Shown here: one piece after another, positions 24,375-34,547 of the stretch
Layout of the letters: each line of letters starts with the position of its first letter
Numbering within the stretch: position 1 is the first letter of the stretch
Assembly: GCA_004431415.1 (NCBI GenBank)
Contig: QPMI01000526.1
Location: 193,175-257,174 of the forward strand
DNA length: 64,000 bases
Reading direction: 5' to 3'
Origin: Cyanophora paradoxa CCMP329
Lineage: Eukaryota > Plantae > Glaucophyta
The notes under the pieces: generated by a model
The model's input: only the letters and a program-made list of their open reading frames with translations
The model's database searches: none
Told to the model about the DNA's origin: nothing
Position numbers and translations under genes: made by a program

Positions 24375-25124
24375 ATGGCAACTCGAAAGACCCAACCAAA
24401 GAATTTCTTAGCCAAACCAGTTGAGCAAGCGGAACCAGAACGGAAACAGTTTAAGAAATCAAAAGGAACCGCTGCATATGGAACTGGTGATCTCGATAAA
24501 AATGTTCACCAGACCATGAATGCTCACACAATTGCGCTTACTTCAAACTCAAATGATGATAATGCCCTGGTTGACCAAGTCCCACTGAACCGCATGCCTG
24601 GAGCCAAACGAGGAATCAAGAAAGGACAGTTCAAATCATCGACAAAGGACAAGGTTGCCTCATCATCAACACTGCTGAAACTGCTTGATGGTGGTGAGCG
24701 ACTCTACTCAACCTATTCCGAGAAAGACCATCGCAACCGCTATTTTATTCGTTCAACCACTGGTGGACTGAAATCTGTGACATACCAGTATGCTAAGAGT
24801 CTTGTTGATGGCATTGCAGTAGAGACCAAAAACGAAAACAAGATCAAGGAACAGCCAATCACAAAGGAAAAGGTTGAGAAGAAACCAGAAGTAACCCATG
24901 AAGTCATCCCTGAACCTGTTCATGTCGTGAAAGAATCACCAGCCGAATTGATTGCAAAGACCATCGATTATCAAGAGTCCAACAAAACGGATTTGCCGGT
25001 CCTCAATAAATCGATCCTCCGGGTTGCCACTTCGCAGGCTGATCCAGTCAACTCGATTCCAAATGCTGCCCCAATGGTCTCAGGGTTTGCCAAGCTCGGT
25101 ATTAAACCTGGTTATCGCCGTTAA
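24375..25124 (+). CDS. Hypothetical Lys-rich viral protein, 249 aa (possible core/DNA-condensing protein)
   Basis: Intact ORF after the penton; basic composition; no catalytic motif seen. Confidence 0.7.
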   Translation: MATRKTQPKNFLAKPVEQAEPERKQFKKSKGTAAYGTGDLDKNVHQTMNAHTIALTSNSNDDNALVDQVPLNRMPGAKRGIKKGQFKSSTKDKVASSSTLLKLLDGGERLYSTYSEKDHRNRYFIRSTTGGLKSVTYQYAKSLVDGIAVETKNENKIKEQPITKEKVEKKPEVTHEVIPEPVHVVKESPAELIAKTIDYQESNKTDLPVLNKSILRVATSQADPVNSIPNAAPMVSGFAKLGIKPGYRR

Positions 25125-25488
25125 GGGACGGCTCACGCATCATTTCCGAATTAAAAAAATCTTGAACATTGTTAGCGCTACGTAACCATTCTTATCCCGT
25201 AGGCTCAAAACTTCTTCATTTTTATGGAGGCGTTGTAGAGCGAAGTGAATTATCCACAGATATCACTTTAATCACCCGTTCTACCGGGTTCAGTGGTAGA
25301 AACTTGCATCCGACAAGTGAACCTTTTTGGGTATCGGTGGCTTTATCATTTTTCCAGCATCTTCTTTCGTACTGGATGCAATGCGATTGGGACCAAAAAT
25401 TGATTGGGTTCTCACAAAGAATATATACACGACATAAAAACTACTTAAAGATTTCTTAACTTATATTAAGAGAGTAGAAAGGACAAGA

Positions 25489-25752
25489 ATGACGATCACA
25501 GAAGCCCAAAAGAAAGCAACTTACCGCTACCGTAAAACAGAAAAGGGTATGTTAGCGCTTGCTAGGATTAATGAGAAACGCAATGCAAAATGGAGCGAAC
25601 TCTATAACAATGATGAAGAATTCAGACAAGCTCACATAATGACTTCATGCAAGGCTCAATATGTAAATAACACCATTCTCTATGTAAAGTATCTATTTGA
25701 CGTTCCTCATACCAACCGTGGACGTCCATCAAAGTATGTTAATGCTTGTTAA
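25489..25752 (+). CDS. Small basic putative DNA-binding protein, 87 aa, with C-terminal AT-hook-like RGRP
   Basis: TEAQKKATYRYRK..YNNDEEFRQAH..RGRPSK; related to the element 2 ORF at 59294. Confidence 0.65.
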   Translation: MTITEAQKKATYRYRKTEKGMLALARINEKRNAKWSELYNNDEEFRQAHIMTSCKAQYVNNTILYVKYLFDVPHTNRGRPSKYVNAC

Positions 25753-25984
25753 TCGTTTTTCTCAGCGCGATTGCTCTGAGAACCCGCGGAAACCGCGCTG
25801 GAAGCAAAACTATAAATCTTTCTGTTATTTTTAGAGTTCGATGATCGAGCCAACCCTTTGTTATTTTTATGAATGCCCTCGACTGAATTAATTTTGTTGG
25901 AGACTTTTGGTTTTGCCGGTAAAATTTGACGCGAGTATAAAATGACTTAAGGAAATAAAATATAGAGTATATATAAAAGTGAAA

Positions 25985-28900
25985 ATGCCTCGCGCAGTAA
26001 GTATTCAGAATGCTAGAAAGAGACAAGGAATGTTAGCAAAGCTTGGTTACCTTCTTGGTGCTGGAATCATAAATGAAGAGCAATTTAACGCATTGGGTTA
26101 CTTTGCATTTATTAAGAGACTTCGATCTGCTGGTCTGAAGGACATAAGCGATACAATTGATGGTATTATTGCCAGGGGTGAAGGGAGACTGAATGAGCAG
26201 GATGAAATCGAGAGATTCGGTAACATTGAGGCTATTGAAGGTGGAAATAAGAAGACCAAAGCAGAGCGGGTCGCTGAAAAACGAAACAAGAGAGCTGAAA
26301 GAAAGCAGCAGAAGAAGCAGAAGAAAGCGGGTAGAACCGCTAAGAATGTTGAGAAGCAGAAGGTTAGAGAAAGAATAGCAAAGGAGGCGAAGAAACAGAG
26401 AGAGGATGAGAAGAAACAACGAGAGGAGGCAGAGGTAATGCAGGCTATGAATAATCTCGTGAGTGAAGTTACTTGGAGGAACCAGACCAAAGATAACATC
26501 GCTTCTGCCCATGAGTTTATTGATAGGGTTGTTCGTTGGGATCCCTTCTACAATCGTTTTCGAGATGCTCTTCGTAACAGACGAGGTATTAAGTATAACC
26601 TCTACAGCATGGCGAGATATGTGAAAGTGGCAACTGGAGAAATAAGAACCATGCAATGGACCACCCCGTTCTACCTTATTGTCAATGATCAAGAGATTGT
26701 TGATACTGTTGATGAATCAATTGATGCATTGCAGGAGGTTCTTACTTCACCTGATAGTTGGAAGCTAGAAAACATCTTAACAGTTCGCTTGCAGATTCTC
26801 ACATATCAGCCACTTGCTGGTAGCTCCTATATTGACCTCCCACCAGGAATCAAAAAGCGTAAAGCAGTGATCAATCCACAGAACAAAGATAATAAATGCT
26901 TTGCATGGGCGGTATCTATTGGACTGCATCAACATGAGCTATCTCATAAACACCGATATGATGTTAAACGCTACAAGAAGTATGAGAATGAGTTCAATTG
27001 GAATAAGTTTGAGTTCCCATTCAAGAATGATCCTCGTCAGTACGAACGAGCATCAAAAATGATTGGTCGACCAATCAATGTGTATATGGTCGATCGATCA
27101 CATATTGTTCCTGTACATATCTGCAAGGACCCTTCCAAGCAACATCTAACAATTGACATTCTTCTGTGGACTGTCAACGAGAAAACCCACTATGGTTACA
27201 TTTCTAGCATGTCAAGATTGATATCAAATTCACACCATGGAACTCGTCACTTCTGTAAAGCTTGTTTGAGAGGGTTCACCAGTGAAACGGTATTGGAGAC
27301 CCACATTAAACACAACAAGTGTTACGATCGACCAAATGCAACAGTTGACACAATGCCACCAAGCGGATCTAAGACCAAGTGGGACCCAAAGAGATATGTT
27401 GACAAGACTGTATGGCATCCAATGTTTGTTGTTGCTGACTTTGAATGTATATTGCAAAAGGTGGATGAGACACGAGGTGAAAACACTGCAGTCTACCAGA
27501 AGCACATTCCCAGTGGATACAAGATAATGGTGATCCACAACAATGAGATTATTAAACAGGTATTGTATCGAAAGGAGAACCCAGAGAACGATGATGATGT
27601 TACACAGCACTTTATGGAGACACTGAAAACGATTGAATCCGATTTACTTGAGAAGCTAAGACATGTTGCCCCAATGGTTATGGAACAATGGCACAAAGAG
27701 GATTATAGAGATTCTGTTGCTTGCTACATCTGCGGAGATGAGTTTGGATCTACTGTAACCGATGATAATGGTAACACATATCAAGTTAAAAAGGTTAGAG
27801 ACCACGACCACGTTACAGGAGATTACATTGGAGCAGCTTGCAATACTTGCAATCTGAAACGAAAGATCAATCCAAAGATCCCAGTTGTGTTCCACAATCT
27901 AAAAGGTTACGATGGACACTATATTCTGAAGGCTTTGAATTTCAATGAACCTGGCAAGGAAATGCGTTGCATTGCCCAGAATTTTGAGAAGTTCATAGCA
28001 TTCGATATGGGACCATACAAGTTCATGGACTCTTTGAATTTCATGGCTTCGAGCCTTGATGGTCTGGTAAAGAATCTCAGTAAGAATAATTTCAAATTCA
28101 CCAATGAGTGGTGTGATTCTGTAAATTATTCACAGGAACAGCGAGAGCTACTGATGCAAAAGGGACACTTCCCTTACGATTACCTGGATAGCTTCGAGAA
28201 ACTCAGTGAGACCCAATTACCTCCCAAAGAAGCTTTCTACTCGAAACTCAATGATACTGAATTGAGTGATTCCGACTACAAGCATTGCCAGATGGTATGG
28301 GATGCTTTCAACTGCAAGACTCTCGGAGATTATCACGATATCTATCTTGCTACTGATGTTGCTCTGCTTGCTGACGTTTTCAATACATTCCGCAATGTTT
28401 GCTACAGTAATTATAAGATCGATCCAATTCATTTCATTTCAGCTCCTCACCTGTCTTGGTTCGCAATGTTGAAATATACAGGTGTGGAGTTGGAGCAATT
28501 GAGCGACCCTGAAATGTATCGATTCTTTGAGCTTGGAATTCGTGGAGGTGTTTGCATGGTTCCCAATCGTTATGCAGAGGCTAATAACCCCTACATGAAG
28601 TCTTATGATCCATCAAAGTCAACAAAGTATATCACAACTTGGGATGCCAACAATCTGTATGGGAAAGCGATGAGTTTCAAGCTACCCAGAGGTGGATTTG
28701 AGTGGATTGATGACATCGAGAATTTTGATTACATGGGCTTTGATGTGGAAGGTGATAGAGGCGCAACTTTGGAGGTTAACTTTGAATATCCAGAACACCT
28801 ACATGATCTTCACAGTGATTTACCCCTTGCTCCCGAATCTCTTATAATCACCAAGTCTATGATATCACCAACACAACTTGAAATGATTGGTGATGAAAAA

Positions 28901-29947
28901 CTACCCCAGACTCGTAAGTTGGTTCCCAATCTGATGGACAAGACCAATTACATCCTACACATCAAAAACTTGCAGTACTACATCTCAAAAGGATTGAAGG
29001 TAACAAAGGTTCATCGTGGGATTATGTATGATCAATCCGAGTGGTTGAGACCATACATTGATTTCAATACCGTACTGCGGACGCAAGCTCGTAACGATTT
29101 TGAGAAAGACTTCTACAAACTCATGAATAACTCAGTTTTCGGAAAGACCATGGAGAACGTTCGCAAGCGAAGTAACATAAAGCTTTGCAACGATCCGAGG
29201 GTGCAGCTCAAACACAACAGCAATCCGTTGTTGAAGACAGTGAAGATTATCAATGAGAATCTTACTGCTTTAGAGTTCTATAAGGGTTCTATAATGTTGG
29301 ATAAACCCATTTATGTTGGTCAGGCTATCTTGGATCTGTCCAAACTAATCATGTATCGTTTCCATTACGATTACATCATGGTGAAGTATGGACCTGGATC
29401 AGCCAAGCTCCTCATGACTGATACAGATTCCCTGTATTATCTGATTGAGACTGATGATATCTACAAAGACATGATTGAGGATTCTCATTGGTTTGATCAG
29501 TCTGATTACAACAAATCCCACATCTGTTACAACCCTAAAAATAAAAAGGTTCCAGGTTTGTTCAAGGATGATTGTGGTGATTATCTCGTCACAAGGTTTG
29601 CAGGCTACAAACCAAAAGCATACTCCTACGAGAAGGAGTTGAATGTTAAGGCTCTTGGTCTTGAAGTTGCTGGTGATACAAAGACTGTGAAGAAGTTGAA
29701 GGGAGTTCAGAGGAATGTTGTTCAGAATAAATTGGAGTTCCAACAGTTCTACAACACTGTCATGAACCCCCAGGTTCAGCAAGAATCTGTAACAGTTAGA
29801 GGCTTCCGATCAAAGAACCACGAGGTAACAACGCAGGAAATGAAGAAAAGGGCATTTAATGCGCTCGACACTAAGCGGTATCTTTGTGAGGATCTCTATA
29901 CGACTCTTGCGATTGGACACTATAAAACAAAAACGACACTATTATAA
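25985..29947 (+). CDS. polB: Protein-primed family B DNA polymerase with N-terminal TP/vOTU-like region, C2H2 finger and endonuclease VII-like insertion
   Basis: NKDNKCFAWA..THYGYI; CKAC..H..C; ExoI ADFE; VRDHDHVTG..GAACNTCN; FHNLKGYD; KGHFPY; motif A WDANNLYG, motif B KLMNNSVFGK, motif C TDTDS; first ATG at 25985. Confidence 0.97.
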   Translation: MPRAVSIQNARKRQGMLAKLGYLLGAGIINEEQFNALGYFAFIKRLRSAGLKDISDTIDGIIARGEGRLNEQDEIERFGNIEAIEGGNKKTKAERVAEKRNKRAERKQQKKQKKAGRTAKNVEKQKVRERIAKEAKKQREDEKKQREEAEVMQAMNNLVSEVTWRNQTKDNIASAHEFIDRVVRWDPFYNRFRDALRNRRGIKYNLYSMARYVKVATGEIRTMQWTTPFYLIVNDQEIVDTVDESIDALQEVLTSPDSWKLENILTVRLQILTYQPLAGSSYIDLPPGIKKRKAVINPQNKDNKCFAWAVSIGLHQHELSHKHRYDVKRYKKYENEFNWNKFEFPFKNDPRQYERASKMIGRPINVYMVDRSHIVPVHICKDPSKQHLTIDILLWTVNEKTHYGYISSMSRLISNSHHGTRHFCKACLRGFTSETVLETHIKHNKCYDRPNATVDTMPPSGSKTKWDPKRYVDKTVWHPMFVVADFECILQKVDETRGENTAVYQKHIPSGYKIMVIHNNEIIKQVLYRKENPENDDDVTQHFMETLKTIESDLLEKLRHVAPMVMEQWHKEDYRDSVACYICGDEFGSTVTDDNGNTYQVKKVRDHDHVTGDYIGAACNTCNLKRKINPKIPVVFHNLKGYDGHYILKALNFNEPGKEMRCIAQNFEKFIAFDMGPYKFMDSLNFMASSLDGLVKNLSKNNFKFTNEWCDSVNYSQEQRELLMQKGHFPYDYLDSFEKLSETQLPPKEAFYSKLNDTELSDSDYKHCQMVWDAFNCKTLGDYHDIYLATDVALLADVFNTFRNVCYSNYKIDPIHFISAPHLSWFAMLKYTGVELEQLSDPEMYRFFELGIRGGVCMVPNRYAEANNPYMKSYDPSKSTKYITTWDANNLYGKAMSFKLPRGGFEWIDDIENFDYMGFDVEGDRGATLEVNFEYPEHLHDLHSDLPLAPESLIITKSMISPTQLEMIGDEKLPQTRKLVPNLMDKTNYILHIKNLQYYISKGLKVTKVHRGIMYDQSEWLRPYIDFNTVLRTQARNDFEKDFYKLMNNSVFGKTMENVRKRSNIKLCNDPRVQLKHNSNPLLKTVKIINENLTALEFYKGSIMLDKPIYVGQAILDLSKLIMYRFHYDYIMVKYGPGSAKLLMTDTDSLYYLIETDDIYKDMIEDSHWFDQSDYNKSHICYNPKNKKVPGLFKDDCGDYLVTRFAGYKPKAYSYEKELNVKALGLEVAGDTKTVKKLKGVQRNVVQNKLEFQQFYNTVMNPQVQQESVTVRGFRSKNHEVTTQEMKKRAFNALDTKRYLCEDLYTTLAIGHYKTKTTLL

Positions 29948-29949
29948 GG

Positions 29950-31008
29950 ATGGATCAGGTTTTGAGTTACACCAAGTATCGACAGAAATTGATTAAAGAA
30001 GGTGTCACATTTGATGAGGAAGAACTAAGAAAGCGTTTTAAAAATCAAGAGATTGAGCAGATCTTTAAAAAGCCCAGAAAGCAAAAGTCTTTCTTGCGGA
30101 TCGTTGCTCCACCCAATTCCTTTCAGGTTGATGTGATTTATTTCAAAAGCTACAAGACAGCAACACATGGAGTGGATAGGATGATGGGATTTGTCGATAT
30201 ATTGAGTCGGAAAGCATTTGTATACCCTTTCAAGCCAAAGGATTCGAAAATCGATATTTTCAACAGGTTCAAAGTTGAGGCAGGCAAGGTTAGTGCTATC
30301 TCAGGAGACAATGAGTTCTCTGCTGAGATTTATAGGAAATGGTGTGAGGAAAACAATGTAACTCTTTACACTGATGTAGCTAAGAATGACCACATCACAG
30401 TAGGTGATAAACTTGGTATTATTGATAGGTTTACCAGAACTTTCAAGCAATATTTGAGAAAAGCAATAGTTTCGAGTGGGAACCCCAAATGGACAGATTA
30501 TTACAAGGAAGTTCTTTCAACTTATAACAACAGCCCACACACATCACTTAAGAATGATCCTCCCAATGCAGTTTACGGGAATAACGAGAAAGAATCGTTT
30601 ATATATTTGCGTGATGCATTGCATAATAAGCGTGTTAAAGAAGGTAGCCCAACAGTAAAGGAGGGAGATTATGTTCGAGCTGTAACTGAAAAGAAGACTT
30701 TCGATAAAGAAGGAGCAAGATACAGCAAACAGGTGTATAAAGTAGCAGGCAAGGTAGGTAATCGATTCAGTTTGTTGGAAGAGAATGAGGGAGAGAGTCC
30801 AAAAGAAGTGAAACGAAACTTTAAACTGAACGAGTTGCAAAAAGTAGATAAGGCAGCAATTGTTAAGATTCCCACACAGAAGCGTGTGGAGCGAGTGAAA
30901 AAAACAACAAAGGTGAATAGATTAGTAGCAAAAGAGGGTATCAAGCCCAATAGGAGCAAAGTAGTTAGGAAGAGGTATAATTTAAGAAGCGGTTTGACTA
31001 GGCGTTAG
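29950..31008 (+). CDS. Retroviral-like (rve) integrase
   Basis: FQVD, VDILSRKAF, SGDNEF, GIIDRFTRTFK, YNNSPHTSL, and a Polinton-type C-terminal GDYVR..FDK..YS..VY. Confidence 0.93.
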   Translation: MDQVLSYTKYRQKLIKEGVTFDEEELRKRFKNQEIEQIFKKPRKQKSFLRIVAPPNSFQVDVIYFKSYKTATHGVDRMMGFVDILSRKAFVYPFKPKDSKIDIFNRFKVEAGKVSAISGDNEFSAEIYRKWCEENNVTLYTDVAKNDHITVGDKLGIIDRFTRTFKQYLRKAIVSSGNPKWTDYYKEVLSTYNNSPHTSLKNDPPNAVYGNNEKESFIYLRDALHNKRVKEGSPTVKEGDYVRAVTEKKTFDKEGARYSKQVYKVAGKVGNRFSLLEENEGESPKEVKRNFKLNELQKVDKAAIVKIPTQKRVERVKKTTKVNRLVAKEGIKPNRSKVVRKRYNLRSGLTRR

Positions 31009-31367
31009 GTTGTAAGGTATGAGCCATCTTTCGATTCAACAATTTTCGTGATAGGTCTAAACACTTTGAAAATTTCTTTATTATGGATTCCTTTAACATA
31101 CCAACCCTTATTAATGGGATCCCATCTGAGACCATAAGATTTCGCTAATTGGATATCTTTGAAAGCAACTTGACAATACATTTTAACATTAATGTATTTG
31201 ATTTCGTCTTCGGTTAGTTTTCGGAATTCTTTGAAGATCTCACTGTTTTCATCTTCAACAAACCATAGCTTCTTTTCAAAATCCCATTTTGCGCCTTTTG
31301 ATTTCACGGATTCACGATCATCATATCGAGAGAAAATGTAAAAGCGTTGTTGTGGCTTGGTTTCCAT
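31005..31367 (-). CDS. Protein with two DUF5710-like repeats
   Basis: YDDRESVKSKGAKWDFEKKLWFV and FKDIQLAKSYGLRWDPINKGWYV. Confidence 0.75.
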   Translation of the reverse strand: METKPQQRFYIFSRYDDRESVKSKGAKWDFEKKLWFVEDENSEIFKEFRKLTEDEIKYINVKMYCQVAFKDIQLAKSYGLRWDPINKGWYVKGIHNKEIFKVFRPITKIVESKDGSYLTT

Positions 31368-31416
31368 TTTTATTCAGATTATCAGATTATTTTTATATGA
31401 AACAATCAATGAGGAA

Positions 31417-31773
31417 TAATCGAGATTATGATATAACATCGATTGTTGTTACTGAGGCTTACTGAGATTAAACGTTTTGTTTTGTGTGGTTACTGTGAAT
31501 GGTTTGTTTTTGTCGAAACGTTTGTGGAATATCGAAAAGTTTAAAGTTTATTCGATTTTATTACCATATATAATCTCGTGGGGCAGTATGCCAATGATAT
31601 AACATCGAATTTTGTAAATGATGCTTACTGAGATTTACTGAGATTGGTGATTGGGTTACTGAGAATGGTTTGTTTTGTTGAAATGTTTGTTGAAAACATG
31701 AAAAAATGAGAGTTTATTCGATTTTATTACCATATATAATTTCGTGGGGCAGTATGCCCAATTTACATTTTTT
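31417..31773 (-). repeat. Right terminal inverted repeat (357 bp) of element 1
   Basis: Reverse complement of 20487-20843. Confidence 0.96.
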
Positions 31774-31779
31774 GAGGCG
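31774..31779 (+). repeat. Right 6-bp target-site duplication GAGGCG
   Basis: Matches 20481-20486. Confidence 0.93.
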
Positions 31780-31863
31780 TGCGGTGGCTTTGCATGAATG
31801 CGCCCCGCGGCGCCGCGCCGATATCATAATTAACCACGACCGGCCGCGGGAATTCGAATTCGA

Positions 31864-34406
31864 ATGAAGTGGGCCGATCCGTCCGCGTTCCTCGTCGGCA
31901 GCGCCGTGCTCGGCGGCGTCGTCGTCTTCATCGCGCTCGTCGACAAGCCCATCCGCAACAGCTTCTTCTTCACAAACGTGCTCCGCCTTCTTCCCTAGCC
32001 GGCACGCACGCGCGGGCCGGGAGAGAGCTCGAGAGTCGCCTCTGCGGTCTCTCTGACTCTGCACGGGATTTCGAAGATAATGGTGGCGACGGTGGCGGGA
32101 ATCGTCGTCTCGCCTCTCGTCTCGCGGCTGATCGACCTCGGCGGCGACTTTGGCAGCAATTTCTGGCCGGTCGCCGAGAGCGTTTCTCGGTTTCTCGTTA
32201 ACAGTGAGATATTCAGACGATCAATGCGCAAGATGAATTTCTGAAGTATACGCGCAGTGCAGCTCATCGCCACGGCGGTTCGGCTGCCGCACGATTATGT
32301 GGCGAGCACGCTTGAATTTTAATTTCGCACCTCACCTTGAAAGTTTTTGCTCTAACCACTGTAGTTCCCATATATACTCATACTTGCAGAACAGATGACG
32401 CATTGGAGCTCCCTCGCCATTGTCCGTGCGGTCTTATCTAAGCTTCGTATTCAGATGTAAAGTTAATTAGATTAGATTAAATCTTAGCTCCTTCTTCGAG
32501 ATCAAATTGAAAGGGGGCAGATGATGCTGGTCGTGATGCCCTTCATGTGGGTCGCGTCGTCCTTCCTCCTCTACGGTTCGAATCTGCTGGAATCGCTTCG
32601 TACTTAAGATCGGAGAATTGCTTTGATTACTTTGTGCTTACGGTCGTCGTGACGACGGCCGGCCGCCGGCGCCAGCGATCCTGGACGTGGGGGTCTGGGG
32701 GGCGCTGCTGATCGGGGGCGCGGTGACGCCGACGGACCCCGTGCTCGCCTCGACGCTCATGAGCGGCGACCTCGCCGAGAAGCACCTCCCCGTGAGCCAT
32801 AGATCTCGAGCTCCTCGAAATCGAAGACTGGGATCTAGATCCTGGCGCCCGAGTTCGAAGATCGAGATCTGGGCGCCCGGCGGAAGTGTATCTAGAACTG
32901 GATCTCGACGCCGAGCAGGGCCTCAGAATAGAAATTTGAGCTGGCTCTTCATAAGATGAGCCAGCTCCGTATACGTTTCCAGCTGCTTCCGGATTCAACT
33001 CAAGATCCGGATCGGGCGCTGGGCAGAAGTCCCTCAGGAATCTGATCCAGGCGGAGTCCGGGATCAACGACGGGCTTGCGTACCCCTTCGTCTGGCTCCC
33101 CCTCGCCGTCCTCCTGCACGAGGACAAGGGCTACGCGGCGGGGACCCTCTGGTTCGCCCACGTCATCCTGTACGAGGTCCGAACTCTAGATCGAAAAGCG
33201 TATTGTAATATATAAATTAAACAGCGATAGCACCAACAGCTCAATAGCACGAACAGCCTTTTGCAAAAACATTATCGATAGCACGAACAGCGTCGACGCT
33301 AGCGCTAGCGCAATCAGAGCATATATAACTGATCTTTCAATCGTCTTGGTCTCGTTCTAGATCTCTCCCTCTCCCTCTCGCCGAGCTCGAGCCGGGGCGC
33401 GGGCAGGTCTGCGTGGGGGCGCTGCTGGGCGCGGCTCTGGGGGCGGCGCTGGGCTTCGCCGTCCGCTGCGCCTCCCGCCGCCAGCTCGTCCTCGAGGACG
33501 CCTTGTGCCCCTCTGCTTTCCTTATCCGGCCCTCTTACGTATACAATATAATATAATATAGTGCCTCGCGACCTAATAGAATAAGTCACGAGATAGGCTT
33601 AATCTCGAGCTCATCATTCATCACGACCGCTCTAATTCAAGTACCGCCCCTCACTAAGAAGGATCTTAAGGACCATAAACAATGAAACCTGAAGGACCGC
33701 TCTAAACCTCACGATTATATATCCAATCACCATAAAATTAGCGGGCAGCACTGCGGCATGTCGATGTACGTGACGGCGGGCTTATATAATTAATTATAAG
33801 GACCATATGTATAAAAAATCAAACCTTAAGGACCGCTCTAAACCTTAAGGACCTCAAGGACCGACGTACTTAAGGTCGGGGGCCGGGCAGCATGTCGATG
33901 TACGTGGCGGCGGGGCTGTGGGTCTACGGCGTCGCCGGCCTCGTCGGCGTCAACGACTTCCTCGCCGTGCGTCCGCCCCCCCCCCCCCCCCCCCCATCCC
34001 TTCCCCCTCCCCCCTTGTGCGCAGCGCCCCGCCGACAACAAACGATCGGCTTTGAATTAGTTCATCGGCGATCACTGAATTAGATCATCGGCGATCCAAT
34101 AACATTAATGAAACGACTGGCCTCGAATTGATTCTCGGCGATCCGATTGATGGTCGCCGTGGTCGCCGATCGAATGATCGATTACTATTTCGAGTTATTT
34201 TGCGATCATTGAGCTCAGCGTCATTTCGATTCGCTTTCTCCTCCTCGGGCGTTGACTCTTTAATTTCTTAGCGTTCGATTATCGACTTTAGCTTCGAGTT
34301 CCCCCTATATAAAATATATATGTATAGTTATAATCTTGCGGGGTCGGCCCCCGGGCCAGGTCTTCGCGGCGGGCCTGGCAATCTCCTGGCTCCAGGGGCC
34401 CCACGG
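31864..34406 (+). CDS. Host Nha1/Sod2-like CPA1 Na+(K+)/H+ antiporter, 5' exons only (interrupted at ~34547)
   Basis: Exons: MKWADPSAFLVGSAVLGGVVVFIALVDKPIRNSFFF | IMVATVAGIVVSPL.. | QLIATAVRLPHDY | HWSSLAI | MMLVVMPFMW.. | GALLIGGAVTPTDPVLAS | AESGINDGLAYPF | VCVGALLG.. | ..GVNDFLA | VFAAGLAISW. TPTDPVLA and ESGxNDG are CPA1 signatures. Confidence 0.88.
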
Positions 34407-34547
34407 TACGCGCGAGTATGCATTTGACCGCATGATCCGGCATGATTCGTGACGGGCCGGGGGCATATATGCATGCGCAGACCGGCGGGCTCTAGTGAGC
34501 GTCGTCGCGGCCGCTGACGCGGTCCGGCCCCATCCCTCGCGCCCCAG

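Larger units (their letters stand above)
20487..31773. mobile_element. Complete endogenous Polinton/Maverick-like virus (element 1), 11,287 bp
   Basis: AT-rich intronless island in GC-rich host DNA; identical 357-bp TIRs; 6-bp TSD; ATPase, MCP, penton, pPolB and rve integrase genes. Confidence 0.96.

Noticed and set aside
1-34547. Naming the host species (intron style is reminiscent of a GC-rich alga such as a glaucophyte)
   Set aside because: No marker gene in the window; this cannot be supported without a database search
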